A stretch of 63,613 nt of DNA, filler included. It is 5 parts of 5 records of this genome, joined end to end, with 100 filler letters (N's around TTAATTAATTAA, not from the genome) between each part and the next. Parts side by side here need not be neighbours in the genome. Positions count along the whole stretch, not along the records: positions 12,041 to 27,718 come from SRR31156797_13855; positions 27,819 to 33,598 come from SRR31156797_13866; 3 more parts are not named here. One strand, 5' to 3'. Position 1 is the stretch's first letter. The number at the start of each line of letters is the position of its first letter. The position numbers and the translations under genes are program-made. The notes beneath the pieces were generated by a model. It was not told the DNA's origin, did no database searches, and worked only from the letters and a program-made list of their open reading frames with translations. Below are positions 18,814 through 28,344 of the stretch, one piece after another.

Positions 18814-20046
18814 ATGTTAAATAAATTATCAAGATATACAATTATCCTTCTCATGGTCATTGTGTCCGCGCTTTATCTGCCGGATTTCTTTTCCATGCTT
18901 TTTGATAAGAAGGTCAATGTTCCTCGCTTGAGTTATTCATCCGTGATCGATGAATTTGTCTATACAAAATATTATGGTATGGGACAGATCGACCGTATGG
19001 ATATAAATGGAAACAGCTATTCCGAACGTGAATACTATAAACTTCTACCATTTATGCATTATGCGAATCTGGAAAAATGGGGTGAATTACCTCCAACTTT
19101 GAAGGGCTTTGAGATGACCTCAAAGAATATCCGACGAAACTCCCAGATGGTTCGCGTCCAACCTAAATACATTAATCCTCCTTCTGTCCCTCTGAATATT
19201 ATGTTCGAGGCCGAAGGCGATTATGCTCAATTGCAGATTCCGGACGACGTATTCCGTATAAACAATACGATCGAGTTCCTTGATCCGGTTTCAAATTCCG
19301 TGCTTGAAGAAAAATCACACAAATTCCAGGAAGCGATGATCGCATCCGGATTTACTTTCCCGGCAAAGCTCGCTGCAGCGAACCAAACGAACCGCAAACC
19401 TTTTGACGAAGGTTACTTCATTAAAGATGCTACCGATAAGATATTTCATCTGAAGATGATCAAAGATGAGCCGGTTTGTGTTAATACGGGAATTGATCCT
19501 GAACTTAAAGTACGACAAGTATTTGTTAGCGAAAATCTGCGGAAGGAATTCTACGGATGGATCCTGACAGAAGATAACGATGTTTATCTGATCACCTATG
19601 ATGATTACAAACTCCGTCAGATCCCGACCGGCAGCGATGATCCGCAATATGATTACATTGCAGACGAAATGACTCTTCGTTTCTATATCTATCCTGTCGA
19701 TAAGCATATTCACATATCGGGAGACGGTTTCAGTCAATTGATCATTCTGGACAATGACTTTGAAAAAATAGCTGAACACGTTGAGACCTGGACACCTTAT
19801 GACAAACGTCCCGGCCCTATTGTTAAAAGCTATATCTTCCCCTTTGAATTAACAACACACGACCCCTTGAAATATATCAAATTACAAATGGACCACTTTG
19901 GATGGACCAGCTTGGTCGGCACGGCACTGTCATTGCTTGCCTTGTTGCTCTTCTCACGTAAACGTCCATGGTTCGATTATGTGATCGTTCTGGCTACCGG
20001 TGTGTTTGGTTTGATCGGTGTCTTGTTGATCAAAGCTGACGATTAA
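18814..20046 (+). CDS. DUF4857-like membrane protein with large periplasmic domain (probable ABC accessory or permease)
   Basis: N-terminal TM, YSSVIDEF and RKPFDEGYF motifs, C-terminal TMs; operonic with the ABC genes. Confidence 0.7.
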   Translation: MLNKLSRYTIILLMVIVSALYLPDFFSMLFDKKVNVPRLSYSSVIDEFVYTKYYGMGQIDRMDINGNSYSEREYYKLLPFMHYANLEKWGELPPTLKGFEMTSKNIRRNSQMVRVQPKYINPPSVPLNIMFEAEGDYAQLQIPDDVFRINNTIEFLDPVSNSVLEEKSHKFQEAMIASGFTFPAKLAAANQTNRKPFDEGYFIKDATDKIFHLKMIKDEPVCVNTGIDPELKVRQVFVSENLRKEFYGWILTEDNDVYLITYDDYKLRQIPTGSDDPQYDYIADEMTLRFYIYPVDKHIHISGDGFSQLIILDNDFEKIAEHVETWTPYDKRPGPIVKSYIFPFELTTHDPLKYIKLQMDHFGWTSLVGTALSLLALLLFSRKRPWFDYVIVLATGVFGLIGVLLIKADD

Positions 20047-20079
20047 TGAAATAGATCTGAATAAGATTTCAAATAATGT

Positions 20080-20112
20080 AATGCCCTGATGGAAACGTCG
20101 GGGCATTTTTTT
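20080..20112 (+). terminator. Intrinsic terminator of the ABC operon
   Basis: AATGCCCTGATG-GAAA-CGTCGGGGCATT followed by a T run. Confidence 0.75.
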
Positions 20113-20142
20113 ATGCGCTGAGCACGGAGAACCAAAGAAAAA

Positions 20143-20296
20143 ACTGTCATCTTGAGCGGAGTCCACCAAAGCTTTGCGATGGAGGACGAAGTCGAAAGAT
20201 CTATTCATGCTACAGAAATCCGAATCATGAATAGATCCTTCCCAATCTACGCTCTTCGAGCTTCGATGGGCAGGCCACGATGTTCAGGATGACAGT
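20143..20296. repeat. Composite palindromic REP/MITE-like element
   Basis: 13-bp terminal inverted repeat ACTGTCATCTTGA / TCAGGATGACAGT (1 mismatch); perfect 12-bp inner repeat GATCTATTCATG (20198-20209) / CATGAATAGATC (20226-20237); side hairpins. Confidence 0.75.
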
Positions 20297-20332
20297 GTCT
20301 TCCTCTCCCTTCCTCTTACCCACCTCCCCACT

Positions 20333-20360
20333 TCACGTCTTACGTCTTACGTTTTACGAT
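20333..20360 (+). repeat. Short heptamer tandem repeat (TTACGTC-like x4)
   Basis: TCACGTC TTACGTC TTACGTT TTACGAT. Confidence 0.6.
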
Positions 20361-20465
20361 TTCTTAATAATATTTACCAATAATTCATCGTTTCATTCAC
20401 ACATTTATTTGATTTTTTACAAATAATATATGTATATTGCGGTTCTATATTAAACCGAGGTGTTC

Positions 20466-23144
20466 ATGGTTAAAAAAGGATTCATCCTTATCATACTTGT
20501 CTCTTTGTTGTTCGCGGCTGATCCTGCGACATTCAAAGGATATGTTTATGATGAGAACAAACAAGCCTTGATGGGAACGAATATAATTATCAAGGAAACC
20601 CTGCAAGGCGCTGCGACCAACCAGGACGGTTATTATTCTCTCAAGGTTCCCGCAGGCACTTATACCGTCTCTGTTTCATTCATGGGTTATAAAACCATCG
20701 AAGAAAAGATCGAATTCATTCCGGGGAAAAGTATTGAAAAGAATTTTGATATGATCCTGGAGTATTTCGAGATCGGTGGTATTATCGTACAGGCTGATCG
20801 TGAGCTATTGCCCTCCGATGCGGAAACCAAAACCCGTATCTCCAGCGGTGAGATCGAACACATGCAGGCATCGAACCTCAGCGACGTTATGCAACTCACA
20901 CCCGGCACACGTTTTGAAAATCCCGGCATGGCTGAGAAAAAACAAGCCAGCATTCGCGCTTCTTCAGTCGAAGATGATGCCAGTGATAATGAATATTTTG
21001 GTGCCCAGATCCGTGTTGATAATATTCCGCTATCAAATAATGCCAACTTGCAAATTGATACAGAAACAAGAAACAGTAGTGGTGTCGGAAGCATGACCAC
21101 GGCAAACTCCGGAATGGATATGCGACAGATCCCTGCTGACAATATTGAATCTGTGGAAATTATTCGAGGTATCCCCTCGTCTAAATACGGTGATCTGACT
21201 TCCGGTATCATTGAAGTGAAAACAAAATCAGAGATATCCAATCATCGTATCAAATTCAAATATAATTTTTACAACCAGGAAGCCAATATGGGCGGTGGTT
21301 TCAAATTAAATGATCAACATCACCTGGATTACAATATGAATTATGCCTATGCCGTTCGTGATACACGCATCCCCGAAGAAAATTATTCTCGTATCGCAGG
21401 TCAATTGGCATTGACTTCAAAACTCATGGATAACCTTTATACGATGAAAAACAGGGTGTACTACACGCGTGCGTTTGATGAACGGGAATTGCGTGAAGAT
21501 GATCTCATGAAAAAGGAATACTATAACCGCGACTATACACTGCGCTTTGCACATAACAGTACTTACCTGCTTACAACAAACCAAAAACTGGAACTTGATA
21601 TTTCGGCAAATTATACGAAGCAGAATTCTTATACAAAAAAATTGGTTTCTGCTGATAATACTTATGTTACCGGCCTTTTGGAAGAAGGTACAGACACCGG
21701 TATGTATGTTCAAAGTTATATGACCGAAGTTTCAGTACTGGGTGAAGCCTATAACCTCTACTACAACCTCAACTACGCAGCAAACTTTGATTTCCTGAAA
21801 GCGGAACACAGCTTCCTTGCTGGTGCAACTTTCCGTGACGAATTCAACCTGGGTGAAGGTCGAGTATTTAATCCCTTAACACCTCCCTCGGTGTCAGGTA
21901 TCAAACGAGACCGACCGCGCAGTTATGATGATCTTCCGGCTTTAACCACCACCTCTTTCTATATCGAAGATAAGATCAAAGGTAAGTTGCTGATTCCCTA
22001 CCAATTGAATATCGGTGCCAGACTTGAATCTTACGGTGAGAATAAATTCCTTGCTAAGGACTTTGGAACCTACCTTAATCCCCGCTTGAACATTTTATTG
22101 CATCCAACTAAAACTACGCAAATCCGCTTTGGCTATGGCGAAACCTCTAAAGCACCCTCGATGTCCATGCTTTATCCTAATCCTATCCATGTCGATGTGG
22201 ATGATGTGAACAGTATTGTGGATTCACTGGTTATTGTATCGACCTATGTCTACAGCAAAGAAAATCCTGATCTTAAAGCATCCCGTCAGAAAAAATGGGA
22301 AGCAAGTATCGATCAGCGTATCGGCGATATCGGTTTGAGCCTTACAGCTTACCAAAGCACCACACTTGATGGTTTTTCTTTATCTACGCGTAAGCCCATT
22401 TTTGTTTATAAATATGACTATACTGTATCCGAAACTGACCCACCCGTTCATGATTCGATCTCCACTACATATACCATCTATGACAATTCTTTAACTTCTG
22501 TGACCCGTGGACTGGAATTTGAACTTAGCACAAAGCCCTTCACGCCACTGAATATGCGCCTACGAATTCAAGGGGCTTACAATTACACCTATTCAGAGAA
22601 GGGAAAATACGATTTGCGCGGATTTATTTACATCCCTGAAATGGAAGAAAAAGTGAATCCCTTTTTCATATATCGCTCTCTTGAGCGTGAAAAGCTATAC
22701 ATGAATTACAATTTGGATTTCAAGATCAAAGAACTCGGTGCCTGGGCAACGATCTCAGCACAACAAGTTGTCTTTGATAAAGACCGATATAATCATCTCA
22801 ATGACTCTTTAGCTGTCGGTTACTTCAATTCGCACGGCGAAGTGGTTTATTTCAGCGAGGCCGAACAAGCAGAAATAACAAATACATCATTTAAAAATAC
22901 ATACGACGATTATTGGTATCTTGAGGAGAATCGCAGAAACATCTGGGTCTTTAATATTAGAGTTTCGAAATCTCTTGGTAAAGCTTCGGAATTCTCTTTC
23001 TTTGTGAATAACTTTTTTAATTATCGCCCACTGTATCAAATTCAACGATCCAGTAACGAAAGGTATTCCATGGAGAACCCCTCGCTTTACTTTGGCATTG
23101 AGGTTTCCTCTAAGATCGACCAACTTTTCCGGGGAGGTAAATAA
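20466..23144 (+). CDS. TonB-dependent receptor (cassette B), paralogue of 14381-17080
   Basis: Plug DMRQIPADNIESVEIIRGIPSSKYG, FYIED, NPRLN, LYFGIEVS; GAGGTG RBS before ATG 20466. Confidence 0.92.
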   Translation: MVKKGFILIILVSLLFAADPATFKGYVYDENKQALMGTNIIIKETLQGAATNQDGYYSLKVPAGTYTVSVSFMGYKTIEEKIEFIPGKSIEKNFDMILEYFEIGGIIVQADRELLPSDAETKTRISSGEIEHMQASNLSDVMQLTPGTRFENPGMAEKKQASIRASSVEDDASDNEYFGAQIRVDNIPLSNNANLQIDTETRNSSGVGSMTTANSGMDMRQIPADNIESVEIIRGIPSSKYGDLTSGIIEVKTKSEISNHRIKFKYNFYNQEANMGGGFKLNDQHHLDYNMNYAYAVRDTRIPEENYSRIAGQLALTSKLMDNLYTMKNRVYYTRAFDERELREDDLMKKEYYNRDYTLRFAHNSTYLLTTNQKLELDISANYTKQNSYTKKLVSADNTYVTGLLEEGTDTGMYVQSYMTEVSVLGEAYNLYYNLNYAANFDFLKAEHSFLAGATFRDEFNLGEGRVFNPLTPPSVSGIKRDRPRSYDDLPALTTTSFYIEDKIKGKLLIPYQLNIGARLESYGENKFLAKDFGTYLNPRLNILLHPTKTTQIRFGYGETSKAPSMSMLYPNPIHVDVDDVNSIVDSLVIVSTYVYSKENPDLKASRQKKWEASIDQRIGDIGLSLTAYQSTTLDGFSLSTRKPIFVYKYDYTVSETDPPVHDSISTTYTIYDNSLTSVTRGLEFELSTKPFTPLNMRLRIQGAYNYTYSEKGKYDLRGFIYIPEMEEKVNPFFIYRSLEREKLYMNYNLDFKIKELGAWATISAQQVVFDKDRYNHLNDSLAVGYFNSHGEVVYFSEAEQAEITNTSFKNTYDDYWYLEENRRNIWVFNIRVSKSLGKASEFSFFVNNFFNYRPLYQIQRSSNERYSMENPSLYFGIEVSSKIDQLFRGGK

Positions 23145-23146
23145 GC

Positions 23147-24265
23147 ATGAAAAAATATATCATACTATTCATCCTTATCATTGCATTATCCTGTGCGCTT
23201 GTCGTGCCTCCGCCCGATTCTATGCGCTTTTCGGTTGAGCTGACACTCGTTGACACCACAGCCACCGGAAGCGATACGCTTGTCCAAGAAGGCCAAGTGA
23301 TCTTACAGTCCATTACCTATGGTGATGAATATGAAGGAATCAGTAATGCTGAGGGTAAAGTTCTTTTCGAAAACTTATTACCTGACAGTTATAACATTCT
23401 TGCTACCGGGAACCGGGTTAGCGGAACCGATGTGGTCCTGATCAACGGCCAGCTTCAGGACACCTCTTTGTACATCGCAGATAATGATACAATTTCATTA
23501 AAACTGATCACTCAAACCTCCCGATCATCAGCATTATTGATCTCCGAGATCTATTACACAGGTGCTGCAACGATGATCCCCGCTTATTTTCATGATCAGT
23601 TCACCGAAATATATAACAACAGCACTGAGATCTTGTATTTAGACAGCTTAATGTTCGTTGATGTTGAATTTGGTTTTGCAGATGATTCACTGATCCACGC
23701 AACTCATGCTTATATGTTCCCGGGTGACGGTGATGATTATCCAATTAATCCGGGTGAATTACTTGTAATCGCACAAGATGCTATTGACCATTCACCATAT
23801 CCTATCAATTCCGTGAATCTCTTGAATACTGATTTCGAATATTATGTCGCTGAAAAAGGAGATGTAAACAATCAAGGTGTCACCGACATGATCCAAGTCC
23901 ACCATAAATATGGTGTTGATTTTCTTTACTCTGTGTTTAATGGAGCTATTCTCCTCATGCATGTTGAAGATCCTTATGCTTATGGTTACGATGAATTTAA
24001 CCGCATCCTGCTTCCCAAGGACAGGGTTATCGATGGTGTAGAGTACAGAGATAATACATCCGAATTAGATCATAAACGAGTTGATGCCACCATCGATGCA
24101 GGCCTAACAGGCGGTATCCCATCTTACTCCACACAATCTGTTGAGCGTAAGATCGATCGATGGGAAGGTGATCGCATGATCCTCATGGACAATAATAACA
24201 GCTCTCTGGATTTCAAGATCAACAATCCCCCTACTCCGGGTTGGATCGAGGAGGTGACAGAATGA
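23147..24265 (+). CDS. DUF4876-like surface lipoprotein (cassette B)
   Basis: Lipobox IALSC; ISEIYYTG, YFHDQFTEIYN, DNNNSSLDF. Confidence 0.8.
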   Translation: MKKYIILFILIIALSCALVVPPPDSMRFSVELTLVDTTATGSDTLVQEGQVILQSITYGDEYEGISNAEGKVLFENLLPDSYNILATGNRVSGTDVVLINGQLQDTSLYIADNDTISLKLITQTSRSSALLISEIYYTGAATMIPAYFHDQFTEIYNNSTEILYLDSLMFVDVEFGFADDSLIHATHAYMFPGDGDDYPINPGELLVIAQDAIDHSPYPINSVNLLNTDFEYYVAEKGDVNNQGVTDMIQVHHKYGVDFLYSVFNGAILLMHVEDPYAYGYDEFNRILLPKDRVIDGVEYRDNTSELDHKRVDATIDAGLTGGIPSYSTQSVERKIDRWEGDRMILMDNNNSSLDFKINNPPTPGWIEEVTE

Positions 24266-25719
24266 AAAAGCTTATCCTTCTCCTTATGATCACTGTCATA
24301 TTGTTCGCGCAAATGCCGACATCAGAATACCTGTACCTCGATATTTATTCAGATATTACAGCTAAACTCCCGAACAGGAACCCGGCTTATATGTCTGCAG
24401 ACAATATTCCCTATTCTTATGCATTCAAATACAATTTGATCAAGCATAACGGTGAATACAGATTGCCTTTCGATCCCTCGGCTAAGATCTATCACAATAC
24501 AGAAGTATCAGCCTATCAGGAAATGGAGAATGGCATTCTCTTTGCCGGAAGATTTGCATACAGGAGTGAGCTTCGCAAAGATAAAATGTGGCTCCACAAT
24601 GCCGAAACAAATGTTGATATCCCCTTATATTTTGCCGACAGCACGACAGGTGACTTCAATCTGAACGGTATCGACTGGAATATCATTTTTTCCTATCCTC
24701 TTACTAAAAACCTTCGTATCGCAATGGACATATTCTACAATGTGGATGAACAATTCAAGTCGGTATTCCCCAAACCCAATTCAAAACGAAACAACCTTCA
24801 TGTTCGTCCTGCCATGAGCTTTGAAAATGAAAATATCAGGCTCGGTGTTACATCGTCCATCTTTAACTTCAAAGAAGAGATCGAGACCAGGAAATACAGC
24901 CTGGAGCAGAACAGAACACCTATCTTCATGCGCATTCGCGGACTTGATCGCGCTCTATTAAGCTATGCCGAAACAACAGAAGAACGCTTGCAGGACATCA
25001 ATGGTTACGGTGCCTCAGTAGATATAAAACTCTTTGATCTAATTTCAATTGAGGGCTCCATGGAAGAAGCCGCTGCAACGATCACGGACGGCGGGTCTGA
25101 CCCGATCGATCAAGGATCCTGGGATATGAACAGACTGTATTATCGCGCAGCCCTGCATACGACTGCCAGCAGACATGTTGATATTGATCTGTATTTCAAA
25201 CAATATTGGACAAATGCAATGGGCTACCATCCCGACCTGAACGCATTGATCTATCAATATGGGAATAGACAGTTTGAAGGTGGTATCCTTGTACCATTTA
25301 CCCCACTCAAGGGAGAAACCTGGACTAATTTCGTCAGTTATGGTTTTGAAGATATCAAGCGTGAAGATAATTTTCTAGGATTGTCGCACTATATTCCATG
25401 GACTACTCTGAGCTTGGGTTTCAACTATGACCTTGTACGTCAGGAAGCGGATTATATCTTGAAATTCAAATACTCAAAAATCAATATCGGCGAAACTGTT
25501 GAATATAACGAGATGTCCGACTGGTATTACGATACCATTACCGCAAATGAGATCAAATATTATGCGACCGAAAGAGAAGAAATGGAAGCCGGCGCACGGA
25601 TCATACTCCCCTTCAGGGATATGAAAGTCGCTATTGATGGAGTATTCAAAACAATACAGCCCGTGGAAAGTGAAGAACTCTTTCATGAAGCGAATGTATC
25701 GCTGGAATTGATGTTTTAA
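24262..25719 (+). CDS. DUF6850-like outer-membrane beta-barrel (cassette B)
   Basis: Signal peptide, NPA motif, YRLPFDP, C-terminal aromatic strand NVSLELMF; ATGA overlap with upstream gene. Confidence 0.72.
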   Translation: MKKLILLLMITVILFAQMPTSEYLYLDIYSDITAKLPNRNPAYMSADNIPYSYAFKYNLIKHNGEYRLPFDPSAKIYHNTEVSAYQEMENGILFAGRFAYRSELRKDKMWLHNAETNVDIPLYFADSTTGDFNLNGIDWNIIFSYPLTKNLRIAMDIFYNVDEQFKSVFPKPNSKRNNLHVRPAMSFENENIRLGVTSSIFNFKEEIETRKYSLEQNRTPIFMRIRGLDRALLSYAETTEERLQDINGYGASVDIKLFDLISIEGSMEEAAATITDGGSDPIDQGSWDMNRLYYRAALHTTASRHVDIDLYFKQYWTNAMGYHPDLNALIYQYGNRQFEGGILVPFTPLKGETWTNFVSYGFEDIKREDNFLGLSHYIPWTTLSLGFNYDLVRQEADYILKFKYSKINIGETVEYNEMSDWYYDTITANEIKYYATEREEMEAGARIILPFRDMKVAIDGVFKTIQPVESEELFHEANVSLELMF

Positions 25720-25722
25720 AAC

Positions 25723-25750
25723 GTACAGAACAGACATGTCTGTTCCGTAC
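25723..25750. repeat. REP-like palindrome GTAC-A-GAACAGACATGTCTGTTC-C-GTAC
   Basis: Perfect 18-bp palindrome 25728-25745 flanked by GTAC, just after a stop codon. Confidence 0.6.
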
Positions 25751-25766
25751 AATAAGAAAGGTAGAA

Positions 25767-27718
25767 ATGAAAAAACTCATCGCAATTTTATTTATCATCA
25801 CATCAATTGCATTTGCCAAAGCACCCGCAATTGCAGTTATTGTGGATGATGTGACTTATAATAAAACCAATGGCTATGTTGACTCATACTGTTCAGCTCT
25901 CGAAGAAGAAGGTTATGCTGTGGCTCTATTTTCCCAAAGCTGGGAAAACCCCGAAGCGGTGAAAGAAGCCTTGTTGAGTGTTGAAGAAATTGAAGGTGCC
26001 GTCTTTATCGGTGATATTCCCATTGCCATGGTGCAGGATGCTCAGCATTTGACATCAGCATTCAAGATCGATCAGAAACGCTTCAAAAACGATCAGCGTA
26101 TCTCGGTAGCAACAGATCGATTTTACGATGATCCCGATCTTGTTTTTGACTTCATCAAACAGGATAAAGACAATCCCCTACTTTTCTATTATTCCTTGTC
26201 CGAAGACTCTCCTCAGAAGGTCGAAAAGAATTTCTACAGCGGGCGTATTATCTCCCCGATACATGATGACAGCAAATATGAGCTGATCGCTAAATATTTA
26301 TATCGTGTCGTTGAACAAAAGAATAATCCCGAAGTATTAGATAATATGATGACGTATACAGGTCATGGCTATCATTCCGAAGCCCTGAACGCCTGGGAAA
26401 ATCATACGCTGATGTTAAAAGAACAATTCCCCGGCTTATTTAAGCCAGGTGGTTCTATTAAAAATTATGAACACACCATGGCAAGAGATATGAAAGAGAT
26501 CATCATGCGGGAACTGCAGGTTCCCGAAGTGGATATCGCGATCTTTCATGCTCATGGCGGTGACGACGTTCAGTACCTTACCGGTTATCCGCCGGCAGCG
26601 AATGCCAGAGAGAACATCGAAGAAGTAAAACGTTTTGTCCGCTCTAAACTTCGCTCTGCAAAACGCCGCGGCAACCTTGAAGAAGCCAAAGAATATTATA
26701 TTACCAATTACGATATTCCCGAGCATTGGGTTGATGATGCATTTGATCCCGAACGCATGCTGGAAGACTCAATTTACGAAGCTAAGATCGACCTGTGGGC
26801 GGATGATGTAAAGAACATGAAAACAGGTGCTGAAGTATTTATGTTCGACGAATGCTATAATGGCCAATTCTTCATGCCGAATTATATTTCAGGCGTACAT
26901 CTCTTTGGAGAGGGCAATGTGATCGCCGGGATCGCCAACTCGGTAAACGTGCGTCAGGACATTTGGGCAAACGAGATGTTCGGCTTGCTAAAATACGGAG
27001 TTCCTATCGGTGAATGGCATCTTGCCAGAACCTATCTGGAATCACACATTATTGGTGACCCGACTTTTCATTTCGCAAACAACAATCTCAAGGCTACCCA
27101 GGCTCCCTATAAAAAATTACTAAAATCCAAAGAAGCATCATTAAGAACGCTTGGCGTTTATAACATGACAAAAGAATTGGGTCTGGAAGCTGAGACAAAA
27201 CTATTGGATATCTATGCCAATGATGCATCAGCCAATGTTCGACTTGAAGCACTAAAATCTCTGGCAAGTTTAAGAACACCTTCATTCAGAGCTTTACTTG
27301 CGACCAGCATCAAAGATCCCAGTGAATTGATCCGTCGCATTACGGTCAACTGGATGGGCAAGATCGGCGATAAGGGCAATATTCCCCTTCTGGCAGAACG
27401 TATGGCGCATGATATCTCTCAGCGTGTTGCTTTCTCTGCCAAAACATCACTTGATCTCTTGTTCGCCCATCCCTGCGCAGATGATTTCCTGGAAGAGATC
27501 GCCGTGAGCAATGGATTGGATACGGCACGAGTCAATTATCGTTATGCCCGAGCTCAAAAATGGCTACATGACGAGATCATCCCAACGATCACCGATACAA
27601 GTCTGACAGCTAAAAAACGTATGAGCAAGGTCAGAACCTTCCGTAACTATAACTTTTCTCCGGGTATTAAAACCCTGATCGAGATCGCGCAGGACAAAAC
27701 AGATGATCCCATCGTCCG
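25767..27718 (+). CDS. Exported C25 (gingipain-like) cysteine peptidase-fold protein with C-terminal HEAT repeats (3' truncated)
   Basis: Signal peptide; VFIGDIP, TDRFYDD, SGRI, YTGHG, FHAHGG, FMFDECYNGQF, HIIGDPT; HEAT-like DASANVRLEALKSL and DPSELIRRITVNWMG. Confidence 0.7.
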
Positions 27719-27818
27719 NNNNNNNNNNNNNNNNNNNNNNNNNNNNNNNNNNNNNNNNNNNNTTAATTAATTAANNNNNNNNNNNNNNNNNNNNNNNNNN
27801 NNNNNNNNNNNNNNNNNN
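27719..27818. other. Artificial contig spacer
   Basis: N44-TTAATTAATTAA-N44. Confidence 0.99.
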
Positions 27819-27819
27819 G

Positions 27820-28344
27820 AAAACGGGTAACCTTATTATGTCTGGAATTTTGGAACGCGGATTTGATGGATTGAACATAGAGAAAATCTTTGTCAGACCA
27901 TCTTATTATTTTAGTAACTGGCTTGGTTATTCTGATACTGTTGAACAATATGGAGTTTTACCTACTTTTTTCCCTGAAGACTTAAAGTTGCCAATGCATT
28001 CACCTCTTGATCTGGCAGATTTTATTGCAGATATTTTGGCTAATCCGAATCAACCCAAGACCACAAAAATTTATGAATTAGTTGGACAAGAAGAATACTG
28101 TTCGCTGGATATTGCCAATGCATATTCATCCATATTCGGAAAAGAAGTATTTGTCCGGTCAATTCCTGGTGACAAATGGAAAGAAACTTTAATGTCGGTA
28201 GGTTTTACCGAAAATACCACCAATAATTTGATAGAAATGACACAAGCAGTAATTAATGGGATAATCGTTCCTGAATTTCCAAACAACACAATAGGATTAA
28301 AAACAACATTTATTAATTACTTAAGGGAACAACTGGGAAAATAA
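27820..28344 (+). CDS. NmrA-like NAD(P)-binding oxidoreductase, C-terminal part (5' truncated)
   Basis: VRPSYYFSN, SPLDLADFIA, IYELVG, DIANAYS motifs; frame open to the contig edge. Confidence 0.75.
   Translation, partial: KTGNLIMSGILERGFDGLNIEKIFVRPSYYFSNWLGYSDTVEQYGVLPTFFPEDLKLPMHSPLDLADFIADILANPNQPKTTKIYELVGQEEYCSLDIANAYSSIFGKEVFVRSIPGDKWKETLMSVGFTENTTNNLIEMTQAVINGIIVPEFPNNTIGLKTTFINYLREQLGK

Noticed and set aside
20301-20360. Pyrimidine-rich stretch and heptamer repeats considered as a CRISPR array or contingency locus
   Set aside because: Only four degenerate 7-mers, no spacers and no cas genes.
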